NCBI GenBank assembly: GCA_051530055.1
Contig: CM121342.1
Coordinates: 16,073,480-16,137,479 of the forward strand
Length of the DNA: 64,000 nucleotides
Reading direction: 5' to 3'
Source of the DNA: Neoechinorhynchus agilis
Taxonomy: Eukaryota; Animalia; Acanthocephala
The notes below the pieces were generated by a model, which worked only from the letters and a program-made list of their open reading frames with translations, was not told the DNA's origin and made no database searches. Position numbers and translations under genes: made by a program. Shown piece after piece: positions 23,830-37,169 of this stretch (positions within the stretch are counted from its first letter, which is position 1; every line of letters begins with the position of its first letter).

Positions 23830-24754
23830 TCGAACCCTAAGCACTATAGAAGCTATTATAACGCAATCGATGGGTCTTAGGTGCGGGAATGTAAACAAAA
23901 CGTGTAGCCAAGGTAAGATAAATCGTTTCCCAACAGGATATTGTGAGGTTTGTGATGGGGTTTTCTCGCTGACGAAAACAGACGTTTTAGGGTCAACGGA
24001 CCCCGAAATTAACGCTGCGGAGGTTTCGGTTCATTCCCAACGTCCATTGATAGTGTGCCATCAGTACAAAATGAAATTCTATTTGCAGGGAATATTGTGC
24101 GAGTTCTGCCCAAGAATCTTTTGAAAAGAATCCAAAGCAGCGCACGATATCAGGCCGCAAAGAGATTCATCTCCCTATTGACAGACGGCCTCGAGACTCA
24201 TTCAGAGTTGTCGTAGATGCGTTTCTTTGCGTTCTCTGACCATGTTTTTTGGGGGATCTCGAACCACAAAACTAAAAGATGGAATCATGCGAGCAATGTA
24301 AGGAGCGTATTCCGAAGGCTGACCACCGTCGAAACTCAAATCGGTCGTTTACCGGGCGCGTTTCTTCGAAGCTCGCCAGAGAATTCTTATCATCCAAATC
24401 AGAAGTAAACATGACAATCTCGTTATTCGTCGACGGATCAACTCACGGACTTGGCGGACTCCGGCCCCAACACTTAAAGAAAATGATTTGTTTCAGTAGG
24501 TGACGCTGCCCAGTCCCCTGAAGATGCATTGGCACGCTTAGTCGACCAATTTGCAAGGGAGGGTGATTCCAAAATCGATTGAGCTATTTTTCGATGCATC
24601 GCTGTGTACCCTAACGCTAAAGGAAGATGGAATTCGTCCCATTGCAATTGGAATAACTCTGCGCCACACAACAGCAAACAATTTGAATAAAAGGACCGCG
24701 GAAAAAGTAGGGATGCAGAATCGTTCAACTTCGTTTGGACTACTGTACACTTTG
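23830..24754 (+). mobile_element. Decayed 5' part of a CRE-like element (Zn finger plus RT N-terminus), cut by a Penelope element
   Basis: CEVCDGVFSL, GLGGLRPQHLK, GIRPIAIG motifs. Confidence 0.75.
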
Positions 24755-26390
24755 CTGCGTTGGCGAATCCTGCCCCCGGTGCTTTCGTTACTCATTTATA
24801 TTCGAAATATTTCACAAGGTTTTCCTTGCCTCTTCAGTCGATATCTAAAATGGAGGATATGGACATCATGCACAGCCGGTCACGTCTGGGTGTAGCTCAG
24901 ATCCGCGGGTTTGCTAATACCCGAAGTGTGGGGAGTTCCATCCGCACACACCTCTTGCGGTTTGTTGCCGACTAATTTGCCCGTCATGCTACGCAACTTT
25001 GGTAGCACCAGCGTGTGGTTTGATTTATTGCCTTCCATCGTCGGATTTCCCCGGATGTGAATGGCCTCAAGAATCAGTCTTCTTCTAAGATCCGGTTCGC
25101 TGGTTATGAATCTCGCCTTTTCAAAATCCACCTTGTGCTGGATTGTTTGCTGGTGGTTCGAGATTGCTGAGGATTTGTCGAATGTCCTGCAAGCTTGTTT
25201 ATGCTGCGAAATCCGTTTCATGATCCCTTGCATGGTTTGTCCAATGTAGACCTTTGGGCATTCTGCACATGGGATTTTGTATATCCCTAATTTGGTCTCT
25301 TGCTTGGTTTTCCTCTTGAGAATGCCCGCAATGGATGCGCCCCGTTTGTTGTAGATCAAAAGATTTGGAGCGAGGTAGTTGAGGCGCCTCAGTTTTTCGG
25401 TCGCGTTCCCTCTTATGTGGTAAAAGTCAGTGTATTCGAGGGAGATGCTCGCGGTTTCCTTCTTCTTGCGGTGGCCGCTGTTTTGCCTTTTTCAGACTGA
25501 TTTTGATGGCATATTCAGGGAAGCCTCGTTATCTGAGAACTTTGGTGATATTTTGTTTTTCTTCTTCCCAATCCCTGCTTTCTGAAGAAATCATCCTGGC
25601 CCTCTTGAAGTAGTAGGACGTTGCCGCTGTTATTTTATAGTGGAACGGTTGGTGGCTCGACCAGTGAGGTGGACCCCATGCTATACCTGGTTTGCGATAG
25701 AGCTGTGTTTTGATATTGCCTTTATCATCGTGTTTTATCCTTACGTCCAAAAAGGAGATAGCACCCTCGTCGTCTTCCTGAGTCATTGACCACTGGATGT
25801 TTGAATCCTTCATGTTGAGTGGAATGCTTAGGTCTCCCATGCTTGTTTCATCATCAGTGACTATGAACACGTCGTCAACATAGCGATACCAGATTTTGAT
25901 GTTGGATTGCATTTTCAAGAAGTTGTTTTCCCATCTTCTCATGTAGAGACCTGTTAGAGTGGGTGTCAGAGGTGAACCCATTGCAACTCCGTCGCGTTGT
26001 TCATAGAAAACTTGATCGAATTCAAAAACGGTCTTGCATGTGCACCACTGCAGTAGAGTTGTCCACGTTTTATTATCCAGGCGCGGTTCTTCGCATTGAT
26101 TGTGTAGAAGTTCAGCTGCTATGGAAATTGTCTCCTGAAGTGGGATGTTGGTAAATAAGGACGTTACGTCGGCCGTGAAGAATTTGCACTGTTCATACTT
26201 TTCCAGTCGCATTCGAGTTGCAAAGGAAGGACCGTCAGCTATGTAGGACGGAGTGTTCGGCATGACGCTTCTTATTAGTGCATTGATTTTTCGGGCCAAA
26301 CGATGATTGAAGGCATTGTAACTGGCTATTATTGGTCGGTATTGTATCGTTGGTTTGTGTATTTTTGGGGAAAGATACAAGAAGGAAGCC
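24755..26390 (-). mobile_element. Penelope-like element (RT plus GIY-YIG), frameshifted
   Basis: RT motifs ADVTSLFTNIP, GVAMGSPL, YRYVDD, FLDV, LYRKP; GIYKIPCAECPKVYIGQT, RISQH, ILEAIHI. Confidence 0.92.
24798..24845 (-). ncRNA. Minimal hammerhead ribozyme in the Penelope terminal repeat
   Basis: Minus strand reads CUGAAGA-G-GCAAGG-aaaa-CCUUGU-GAAAUAUU-UCGA. Confidence 0.8.
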
Positions 26391-27165
26391 CTGGCTGTGG
26401 AAGACCTCGTCTGTTGATAAAAGTGCTCAGTGATCGAGTTATTTTTCCGTATACGCTGGCTTCAACCACATAAGTGACAATGCGACCGGAAAACTGAGGC
26501 GCCTGAACTACCTCGTTCCAAATCTCTTTATCTACAACAAACGGGGCGCATCCATTGCGGGCATTCTCAAGAGGAAACCCAGTCAAGAGGCAAAATCAGG
26601 GATATACAAAATCCCATGTGCAGAATGCCCTAAGGTCTACATTGGACAAACCATGCAAGGGATCAGAAAGCGGATCTCGCAGCACAAACAAGCATGCAGG
26701 ACATTCGATAAATCCTCTGCCATATCGAACCACCAGCAAACAATCCAGCACAGGGTAGATTTCGAAAAGGCGGCATTCCTAACCAGGGAACCGAATCTGA
26801 GGAGAAGACTGATTCTGGAGGCCATTCACATCCGAGGAAATTCGACGATGGAAGGCAACAAATCTAACCATACGCTGGTGCTACCAATGTTGCGTAGCAT
26901 GACGGGCAAATTAGTCGGCAACAAACCGCAAGAGGTGTGCGCGGATGGAACTCCCCACACTTCGGGTATTAGCAAACCCGCGGATCTGAGCTACACCCAG
27001 ACGTGACCGGCTGTGCATGATGTCCATATCCTCCACTTTAGATATCGACTGAAGAGGCAAGGAAAAACCTTGTGAAATATTTCGAATATAAATGAGTAAC
27101 GAAAGCACCGGGGGCAGGATTCGCCAACGCACAATCAAATTCACCCCGAGGACCAAATGATATAT
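26390..27165 (+). mobile_element. Second Penelope-like 3' fragment (GIY-YIG plus terminal repeat), head-to-head with the first
   Basis: GIYKIPCAEC...ILEAIHIRGN; related but not identical to 24755-25400. Confidence 0.88.
27041..27089 (+). ncRNA. Minimal hammerhead ribozyme in the Penelope terminal repeat
   Basis: GATATCGA-CTGAAGA-G-GCAAGG-AAAAA-CCTTGT-GAAATATT-TCGAATAT. Confidence 0.8.
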
Positions 27166-27779
27166 GACAATATTTTTTATAGCGAAAAATTTGAAGGAAT
27201 ATATTAAGTATGATATTTCGGCCTTTAAACGAATGAGTTTAGAATAGTTTCTTTTTACAATATTTCTAAAAAGATTTGGATGTATTCTAAGACACACCGT
27301 GATGTAAGATTCAAAGTTATACAAATTAAGAGTTTTTTTGTTATTTAATGGCGATGTAGTGGGAAGGAATGAATTATCGGCCTCAAGGGACACACTCTAG
27401 AAATTTTATCCGAATGACCGAAAAAATTACACCGTCTGCGCTTGAGAATCTATTAACCAACTCAGTGTTATTCAACTACATCAAGGCGCTCTACTCAACG
27501 ATTTCTGCTCAGCTGAAGGCTAAAGAAGTGCAGGTTAAGTCTAAGCTCAAACATGCCGACTCCATGTCGGATTTTTATTCGATGATCTTGATCTTTCTGT
27601 GACTAGTTAAAGTTTAAAAATTGCCACAATGAAGGCGAGCGAACCAAAGCTTACGGGAGCAATCTGAGCCCAATCTCCTTGATCCACTGTTGTATCAATC
27701 AAAAAAACAGCAACCGACACTTCTTGAACTTTTCGTTTTCCCTATGTGGAGAAACCAAAGACGAGATAAATGTCTTTTT

Positions 27780-28690
27780 AGCAATTTCTAGCCGTCTGTA
27801 ACTGAAGGTCAACCAATGGAAGATGCTGCAAAAACAAATATCCTTAAAAGCGATTCTTGAACAGTTTGTTGGCCTATCCTAGTTTACTGGATTTAAATAA
27901 TTACGGGTGGTTTCCGAATTTAATATCGTTCTAAATCAAAAGAACGCTTAAATTAAAATCTACTTGATCGACAATTACTTTACTGTTTGATTATCCCTTC
28001 TTAATCGGTGCATTAAGATTTTGCTTGCTTTCATGAAAACTGAATCAAGCAATGTTTTCGTATTTTGTTCACCTCAATTTTTCAAACCCTCAGCAACATT
28101 TTGTCTTTAAACATGGTTTTCAGGACTTTAAGACAGCGAGCGATAAAGAAAATTAATAGAAGTAGGGAGGAAGTATTTAGTGACATCTCCTCGGGTCAAG
28201 AGACTCGTGGATGTCGATTTACTATCTTATCTCAGTGGGTTTCCGACCTCATCAGTCATGAGCCACGAACAGTAAGATATGCCAAATGCTCGGGAGCCTC
28301 TACAATACATTATCATTAAATGGTTACTGAATGTTGGGGATGTCAATTCCTCCAAGCAAGCATTTGATATAGCCTAAAGATGGATCGCCAATAATTTTTA
28401 AACATTCCAAGTCACTTCAAATATGTATGAATAATACAATGCTATTAAGACTGGATATCCCGGCGTACGTGGCGAATACGACGTTCAGGTTGGATTCGGT
28501 TGGACAAATGGTGTTACCTGTTTGAGTTTGGAAATAGACTAACAAGCGAGATTACATTTACCTTCAAGACGTCTACAATATTACTAGTAGCTGAGTCAAT
28601 TCTATACATTTGCATCGTTATCTTATGCGTTGTTCACGTAAAAAAGATTGCAAGTCTCAAGAAAGTTGGACAAACCCCAGAACCATAGCA
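27780..28690 (+). pseudogene. Trehalase (GH37) C-terminal pseudogene fragment with a membrane-anchor-like tail
   Basis: GFPTS...EQ*DMPNA, A*RWI, MYE*YN, GEYDVQVGFGWTNGV; at least 4 in-frame stops plus a frameshift. Confidence 0.8.
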
Positions 28691-29299
28691 CATACAATTA
28701 TAAAATTCAATCCATGATTCCTTTAAGTTCAAGAAAAGTGTTGACTCTCTGTTGTTTGCGACTATTTGGTAATAATTTAAATTATTAAGGGACGCGAGAT
28801 CAAGCACTTAGCTTCTTATTAAACTCCCAAAATCGCGACAAAATGCATCCGCGCAGCAAAATTTTTAGGGCGAATTAATAGGACTGGACACCGTTCCATT
28901 ACGATGGTTTAGTTTTTTCTAGAATTACATAATTTTAGCTTTATTGTTGAAAATAATAACTTATTTGATCTCCGTACTCCATCGCACATCTTCGTGGTAT
29001 CTGATTCCATTGATCAACAATAGTTTTGTAGGACAGCATTGTGATCGGAAAAATTGACGTTTCGGATAATCGACGTTGTACCGTATGTCCGATGAGATTC
29101 CACCTGAGCCACCTAATCGGAGCGAAGTGGAAAATATTAGTTCAAACCCGAATGTATGTGAAGTTTCAAGTGAGAGTGCGAAGCGTCCATCGATAAAGGA
29201 CTTCTTGATTAAAGTAAACATGGAATCCTAAGGACAGTTCCCAAAATCATAAAGATGTTATATAGTCTATGTAGTAAATAGAAAATGAGGACAATAGAG

Positions 29300-30130
29300 A
29301 ATTCAGTATAAAAACCGGAAAAAATCCCATTGGTACCTCACTGATTATCTTGAAACACGATATAAATAACTGATCTTTTATTCCAATATAGCACATTCTT
29401 CTATATAACGATTCTATCTTTTTTGAAAAATAATCCAAGTCTTTCTCGAAGCCGAAAAGCTTAATTCCAATATTCTAGAACACAAAGGTATCGGGCAATT
29501 ATTAAGAATCCGATCTTCACGTATCAATTTATTACGCATTGCCCTTTTTCTTCTCGTATTTGTAAAAGACACACTAATCTTTTTGGATCTACAGCTACTT
29601 TAGTTCCAGATTAAGAACAAGTTAATTCCTGAATTGCTTTTTTCCTGGAAAGGATGTGAACTCAATGATAGAAGAGCTTACGATTTATAGCAGCGGCTGA
29701 ATCGATAAACTCATATTTCACACCGATATTAACAAAGCCTTTGATGTAGTTAACAGAAGATGTATGTATATATAATTCAGGTGAGAATTTGCGTATATTG
29801 CCTACTGTTGTCTCCGAGAATAGCGATCAAAGAACCTAGACTTCTGATTGAGGTGTCAAGCACATCATCAAAATAGAGTAGATTCCGATTAACTGCCGGA
29901 ATGCCGTCGACTTCTGAACGTAGCTGCAAAGCTATTCAACTCATTGCAATTATGATTGCGAAATCATACACGACACTTTAATCTTACATTGGCCATCATA
30001 ACATTCTATAACTTCTGAAAAACATCTACGTGGACTACACAGACCGAATCTGTCCATTAATTGTGAAGAACTTTTTTGGAAACAATGCAGAGTGCAAAAC
30101 ATTTGGGAATTATACATTAAGCATCCTGCA
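29300..30130 (+). mobile_element. Heavily decayed LINE RT relic
   Basis: TDINKAFDVVN motif near 29720; the remainder is degenerate. Confidence 0.4.
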
Positions 30131-31379
30131 ACTCTCTACAGCAGCAGCAGTTAACTATTTTCCTAAACATGACGTTTAGAAATCGATTTTTTTGCGATTT
30201 TACTGGACTACGTTTTCAACAATGGCAATTTAAAGAATTTTGAAACACACATCCATATAAATGAAAACATTTCATTTTACAATCGGTACTCATAATGTTT
30301 TATGGTAGGATTCTTTGCCAGTATCAAATTTCGCCTTTCGCATTCTGTTGAAATGAACGACAAAAGTTCAATATTTGAAGCTAATTAGATTACGCATCTT
30401 AAAGACTCGGTTTCGATTCCAAGCTTATTTCGGAGATAAGGTATTTTAGCACTTCAATGTACTCTGCGTTTTTGGTGTTACAATCGCAGTAATTGGAACG
30501 GACGCATAGATCATCATTGATATACCCATTGCTGATATTTCTATGAATATTCTTTTATAAAACTCGGTAGAGCGAACATTCGAGAAAGTTCAATGAATTT
30601 TTCAAGCGGTAACGATAAGCATTTTTTTCGGTCATTTAGATAAAATATACAGTGTGCCCTACAGTTTAATTACAAAGAAGCTACAGGTTCGGTGTTTTTA
30701 AAAGCCAGGAAGGGACAACCAATCATTTCTTTCAAGCCGATGCCAAGCTGGTTAGACCGCAACAAAAAACATAAAAGATAATGGATTTTATTGATCTTAA
30801 GTGTTGATTAAACAGGTTACGCCTTCGGAGCGAAAATAACGATTTGTACTGCGGTCGCCAGAGATTTTTCATTAATGAGTGCTTATGTTTGTCCGATTAA
30901 TTTCACAAAACAAGCTAAGTCCGTCGTCACACGTAAAATTCTTCACAAGTTCCATGGATATAAAGATGCTGTCGTTCTTAAAAATTCTCTATTTTGTTAA
31001 AATTGTAGCGATAAAAATAAATCCAATGAAGGAGATTGCTTTGGCCTCAATCATCTACAGAGAATTAATATTAACAATTTAATTGCATCTACAAAACACT
31101 ATCCTCGATTTATATCGTTGTAGAGGAACGAAGCATTACTTGAGAAATACTCTAAAATTAGAATCTGTGATTTTATTGAACTACGTATATGGTTCCTAGT
31201 ATTTTAGGGGTTGAATTTGGTTCTACGAAGATACACTTAAACATCTTCAGTGGCTAAAGATCGTCCACACAAAAAGTAACTTGAGGTAAGGGATTTTTCA
31301 TGTTTTATATATAAGATGAATCTCAAGTTCAAAATACCCAGGCTTAAAAAGGCTTAATTTTCAGATTCTATAGGAAACA

Positions 31380-31952
31380 ATGAGCCATTCGTCCAAAAAG
31401 AAAATTTGCAGTACAGACGAGCGCGACGAATCTAAGTATATGGGATCGCCGAACGTCCATCGTAGACCGTCTTCAGTAACGCTTGATGATATTCCATTCA
31501 ACGCAACTTGGTTTTGGCACAGAACTGACCGAAAAATGGCAGAAGAAAAACTTTTACAGCAAAAAAGCGATAAGTCTTATCTGAACGAGGATGGTTCATT
31601 TCTCGTTAGGAAAAGCAGTATAAGAAATGGATATTACGCTCTATCGGTAAAGTAAGTGAACACTCGCATTTGAGTTTGAAAAGATAGTAAAAATGGCTTA
31701 TATTTTAGGCGCGGAAAAGTCGTGCTTCATTACATTATCTATCAAAAGCCGGATAAAAGAAATTATTTTATCTATGAGAATAGGGCATGAGTGTCTAGAG
31801 AAGAGGTACTTCACGCAAAATTGCGCTAACACTCATGTTAAATCAGTTTCAGTTCAGTAGATGACTTAGTGAGCTACTATATGACAAATGGACTAGATGG
31901 ACACAAATTGTCCATTGTAACGGATGAGAAGGGAAGGCGTTTTGCATTCTAA
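31380..31952 (+). CDS. Small single-SH2-domain protein (3 exons, about 150 aa)
   Basis: WFW..., DGSFLVRKS, YALSV, VLHYII, FSSVDDLVSYY; GT-AG intron at 31652-31708 and non-canonical intron at about 31784-31846. Confidence 0.8.
31784..31846 (+). other. Hairpin-bounded non-canonical intron candidate (GG...AG 63 nt or AT...AG 60 nt)
   Basis: In-frame TGA at 31788 precedes every GT; 9-bp inverted repeat at 31786-31794 and 31829-31837. Confidence 0.7.
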
Positions 31953-32099
31953 TAAACGCAAATTGTGTATTCCTCATCGAAATTATGACTAGATTCGAAT
32001 CGCTTTTAGATGATCTTCTGCTTAAAACAAATGAAATTGAAGTTAGTGCATCATTGATTCGAATCAGGAAAGACTATTACATATAACCGGTCATTAGGG

Positions 32100-32723
32100 T
32101 GCTTTTGTTAAGGTAAAAATCCAAATGAATAAAGTAAGCATTATTATTGTAACCACTTCATCGATTGCTAATCCATTGTTCAAAGATAAAAAGAAAATGC
32201 AGCGTTTAGTGGTGAAGAGAAAAATAATAAAGCTTGGGCAAACAGATATCTCTTTGAGTATTACAATTAGGATAAAACAAAGTGTTTATTTTAGAAAAAA
32301 CTGTAATCGAGCTCACCGTGTTTGTCTTTTTTTGTCGCCAATAAGGTCATCTACAAATTCAAAATGCATTCTACTCCCAGTGGACATTTGCAAGTACTGT
32401 TCGTTAGCCTCCTCGATCGTAAGGCCAAATGCACTTGGCCTTGCGCTCATTCGGGTTCTATCAGCACTTTTGCTCCTGATCTCACGTTTCGAACCAGCGG
32501 ACGTGTCGCTTTTTATCTCCGGTTTTTTTGTTAGTTTATCCGAAGGCTCTAACTTGGAGGAAATCATACCTTCTCGTCGAGATTTCAGAATCAGTTTGGC
32601 TCGCCCAGTAAGCCGCGACCTAGGTTACAAGAATACTCACATAATCCAATCATCGATTGTTTCCGTAAAGGTCGTATTTTTACTTCGGCTTTCTTGGGTA
32701 GCACGAATGTTTGGTGGAGTCAT
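32100..32723 (-). CDS. Putative orphan spliced gene with a 21-nt intron; 3' end uncertain
   Basis: Two ORF pieces joined in frame by GTGAGT...CTAG (32620-32640); further donor near 32315. Confidence 0.4.
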
Positions 32724-32879
32724 GCGGTCTTGCTCTTCAAGATTCGAGTCAATTTGAAATTAAATCACAAATATCGGAAGTGCAAGAAAACTTTTAAAAT
32801 ACTTCTTATGTTTTTACCAGCGAAAGAGGCTCCCATTTAAATATTCAAAGGTTCTACTTTTTATATTATTCAAAAAATG

Positions 32880-34100
32880 CCACGACTTTAGATGTCAAGA
32901 CGATAACAAACGATTTCGATTGCGCAGGTCACGGGAATCTGAAATTAAAGAGTTATGAATTCTAGCTACCAGGAGTGAATCCCAAACTGATTGTTTGCGA
33001 CCATTGACCGTTAACTGCTCGCTACCGGAATTTTCACACCAAAGATTAACCGCCTCCACGAAATCTTCAACCAGCCTGTAATCCCCGCGAAGAAAATGCT
33101 GAAATATTGTACGGCGTGCTTCACACAATCCCAAGTAAGTTCACTAGGACCAAATCGTCGGATGACAAGCCGCCAAAGTGTACAGTAGTCCAAACGAAGT
33201 TGAACGATTCTGCATCCCTACTTTTTCCGCGGTCCTTTTATTCAAATTGTTTGCTGTTGTGTGGCGCAGAGTTATTCCAATTGCAATGGGACGAATTCCA
33301 TCTTCCTTTAGCGTTAGGGTACACAGCGATGCATCGAAAAATAGCTCAATCGATTTTGGAATCACCCTCCCTTGCAAATTGGTCGACTAAGCGTGCCAAT
33401 GCATCTTCAGGGGACTGGGCAGCGTCACCTACTGAAACAAATCATTTCCTTTAAGTGTTGGGGCCGGAGTCCGCCAAGTCCGTGAGTTGATCCGTCGACG
33501 AATAACGAGATTGTCATGTTTACTTCTGATTTGGATGATAAGAATTCTCTGGCGAGCTTCGAAGAAACGCGCCCGGTAAACGACCGATTTGAGTTTCGAC
33601 GGTGGTCAGCCTTCGGAATACGCTCCTTACATTGCTCGCATGATTCCATCTTTTAGTTTTGTGGTTCGAGATCCCCCAAAAAACATGGTCAGAGAACGCA
33701 AAGAAACGCATCTACGACAACTCTGAATGAGTCTCGAGGCCGTCTGTCAATAGGGAGATGAATCTCTTTGCGGCCTGATATCGTGCGCTGCTTTGGATTC
33801 TTTTCAAAAGATTCTTGGGCAGAACTCGCACAATATTCCCTGCAAATAGAATTTCATTTTGTACTGATGGCACACTATCAATGGACGTTGGGAATGAACC
33901 GAAACCTCCGCAGCGTTAATTTCGGGGTCCGTTGACCCTAAAACGTCTGTTTTCGTCAGCGAGAAAACCCCATCACAAACCTCACAATATCCTGTTGGGA
34001 AACGATTTATCTTACCTTGGCTACACGTTTTGTTTACATTCCCGCACCTAAGACCCATCGATTGCGTTATAATAGCTTCTATAGTGCTTAGGGTTCGATT
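32880..34100 (-). mobile_element. Internally deleted CRE-like element
   Basis: Mirror of 23830-24754, continuing into QSVWDSLL...RNRLLSS. Confidence 0.75.
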
Positions 34101-34477
34101 ACAGCGAAACGGCAATAATACATGTTATTAAATCTCCAAGCAAGTAGATTACTCTGGACGAAAAAGATATAGTAGCCGAGTCCCTTTGAGTGTTCGAAAA
34201 AGTACGCTGAATCATGAATGTCCCGACTAACGCTGCGACGAAATCTCTTGTCTCCAGTAGGCAATAAGCTAATATTTTGAGGAAAGAAACCCCTTTTTAA
34301 ATACGATTCCATGCATGTTATATTTTCGCTTTCTTAAAAAATGAAATCGATGACGGCGAATTGTCAGTCCTTTATAAGAGCTTCGTTTTCTTGAAATTTT
34401 ATTGGTCCTTGAGAAATTGTAACGAATGGGTCTCAAATTTCTAGATATTTTCAATTTGAACATCAGACACCTTTATA

Positions 34478-34727
34478 ATTTAGACAGAATACCGATATAG
34501 ATAAACAACGGCAAAAATACGCTGAAACCGTATTTTTCGTGTAGAATTATTCACATCGCATAACCCGTTGCAGAGCAAGCGCACCGCTTTTGAGCAGACG
34601 TTTTTCGCATAATTAAGCAGATTATTTCAGACTCTTCGTTTTTCATCTCGTCTCCTTGAGCAATCGTCTTCTAATGAAAAATGCGAAGGTTCACGTTCTC
34701 TACTGGTGAGTTTTTTCGCTTTCTAAA
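34478..34727 (+). pseudogene. SELENOW exon-1 remnant (mirror of 23201-23450)
   Basis: ATGAAAAATGCGAAGGTTCACGTTCTCTACTG|GTGAGT followed by the RTE tail. Confidence 0.8.
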
Positions 34728-36248
34728 GCTTCTTCTCGTTCTTTAGCCCTTGTCCCGCACAATGGCGAGGTCTGTTCTCATCGATCTAGCCCTCCATTTT
34801 CCTCTGTCATGTACCATGTCCATGTGCAGACTTGCAGCCTTCAGGTCTCGTCCGGTCGTCCTTTAGGGCGTCTTTCTTGGACTTGGATTCCAAGACTCCT
34901 TTTGATGATTGCGTCGTCATTAGCCCTTAGAACATGACCGTGCCATCGTGGAGGCGCTTCCTTCAGCTTATTTTGTATCGGCATTACTCCATGCTTCGTC
35001 TTTACGTCTTCATTTCGGATATACTCACGCAGAGTAAGCACACTTATGCACCTCAACATCCTCATCTTTATGACTGATAGGCGCTTCTCCGTAGCTTTGC
35101 TCATCGACCAGCATTGAGCACCATACATTGCTACAGGTCGGATAACTGTCCGGTAGATCTTCGATTTTAGGCTGCCTTTTATGCTGCAATAGGAAAGTGC
35201 ACCGGTTGTCGATCGCCATTTAGTCCTCCAGGCAGCGCTTATTCTTGATGACACTTCGTATTGTAAATCACCTATAGCTGAGATGAATGATCCGAAGTAT
35301 TTAAACCTGTCGGTGCTCTTCGGTACGGTGTTGTCGACCTGGATGGACTGATTCTTATCAGAGGCCATATATTCAGTTTTGTTCAGGTTTAATCGTAATC
35401 TGAAACTCACAAGACGGTCACTCCATGCCTGCACTAAGACCCGCAGATCCGTCTGATTATCCGTCACTAGGAGTACATCATCGACGTAGAGGATCGTATA
35501 TGGCATCGGTCGCTGAATGTCACGAGATATTGTGTCCATTAGCAAAATGAATAGCAGCGGTGATAGTGCGCTTGCGCTGAGATTCCTGGTGAAAATCTAA
35601 CACTGCTTCTTGGCTCATATTAGAAAAGTTTGACCCACTTCACAAGTATTTCAGGTATCCAGTGTTGTCGCAGCGCGTACCATATAAGATCGCGGGGACG
35701 CAATTGAATGCCTTTTCTAAGTCAAGGAACGCCATAAATAGGTCTTTCTTTTTCTCGTGATACTTTTCGCTCGGGCAGCATGTATTGCGTATGTTGTTCA
35801 ACATACCCTGACGAATACCGTTTTGTTAGTCGTTATGTCCACTACTTCACGAGTTCCTCCATCGGCGATGCGTTCGAATATCTTCGTTGTATGCGATAAT
35901 AGCCTTATTGGACGATAATTGCAGCATTCGGCTATGTTGTTCTTATTTTTGAAGATCGGTATGGTCGTACTCTGCCGCCAATCGCTTGGCATTCTGTTTT
36001 CGTCGATGATCTTATTAAATAGTGCCGCTAACCATGGCGTAGGGTTCAAGCATCTTGCCTTCCACAACTCAACCGGAATGTCGTCTGGTCCTGCTGCTTG
36101 CCCGCGTTTCATCCCTCTGATTACCTCTTGTACTTCTCAATCGTTCACGGGGGTATCGGGCCGTACGTCTTAGGGAAATCGGGGATCGATGGGTGAGGGA
36201 ACTCTTCTGTCGACAACTCATGGAAATATTCCTGCCATTTTTTCAGTA
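34728..36248 (-). mobile_element. RTE-clade element (mirror of 21680-23200)
   Basis: Same ORFs with a few substitutions. Confidence 0.9.
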
Positions 36249-37169
36249 TTTATTTATATTTAATCGCATACACACATTGAATTCGTATTCGTAGTTGCTT
36301 GCTTGAGTAGAAAGGTATAAATGTAATTAAAAGAGAGAAGCAAGACAGTGATGTCGAAAGTAGGAGTGATCTCAAGCTCCTCAATCACAACCCCTTGCTT
36401 CCGAACAAATGGGACGTACGCGTTTAGAAGTGTTTTGCTAAAGAATATTTTTAATATGTCATTGAAAGTAAGGATTGAGAGTAAGGGTTCAAGAGTATTT
36501 CTTTCATTAGGTAAACATTTTCTAATAGATAATTGGGTAAAAGATTTAACCTGGCTATATGGGGATGATAAAATAAAAATATCATTATTAAAAGGAAGAG
36601 TTTATTAAAAGAGAGGGATGGACAGTAAAACCATACCTTACTTATAAAAATTGGATGTAAAGCTGATCGAAGACGAGATTTAGGAATCATAATTTTTTTA
36701 ACAAATAAGTTAAAAAAGGCGACTCGCATTTCGGGTGGTCGACCTCTGGTAAAAAAGGATAGACAGTCTCCAAAGAAAGTGAGCATAAGTCTGTATATAT
36801 AACTAAAGTTAATATCGAGAAGTGCACGTTTTAAAAGCGAAGAAGTTTTGTAAAAGAAACTTGATAACGAAGAGTTGACTAATGTACGCCTATTACTAGG
36901 TGGGAAGTCTATACCGAGAACTCGGTTGTTTCTTTTAATGCTTGTCATCAGTATTGTCGTACGTTCAGTGATCAGATTACCGTGTTGATCGTTGAGATAA
37001 ACAACGGCAAAAATACGCTGAAACCGTATTTTTCGTGTAGAATTATTCACATCGCATAACCCGTTACTTAGCAAGCGCACCGCTTTTGAGCAGTCGTTTT
37101 TCGCATAATTAAGCAGATTATTTCAGACTCTTCGTTTTTCATTTCTTATCCTTGAGCAATCGTCTTCTA

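Larger units (their letters stand above)
17232..24754. repeat. Left arm of a near-identical large inverted duplication
   Basis: Reverse complement of 33174-39153 except for a 1511-bp insertion (17417-18927), a ~35-bp tandem duplication near 20000 and a few substitutions; mirrored ORF pairs appear in the ORF track. Confidence 0.95.

Noticed and set aside
23833-23840. AACCCTAA telomere-like motif at the CRE-like 5' end
   Set aside because: A single unit only; not enough to claim telomere targeting.
28270-28440. Repeated in-frame TAA in trehalase suggesting stop-codon reassignment
   Set aside because: The stops fall at positions expected to be W, Q/E and K (no single meaning), other conserved residues are also mutated, there is a frameshift, and intact genes here end in TAA. 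It is a pseudogene.
31788-31790. TGA in the SH2 gene as selenocysteine or read-through
   Set aside because: A second in-frame stop (TAA) follows within the segment, and no SECIS was seen downstream.
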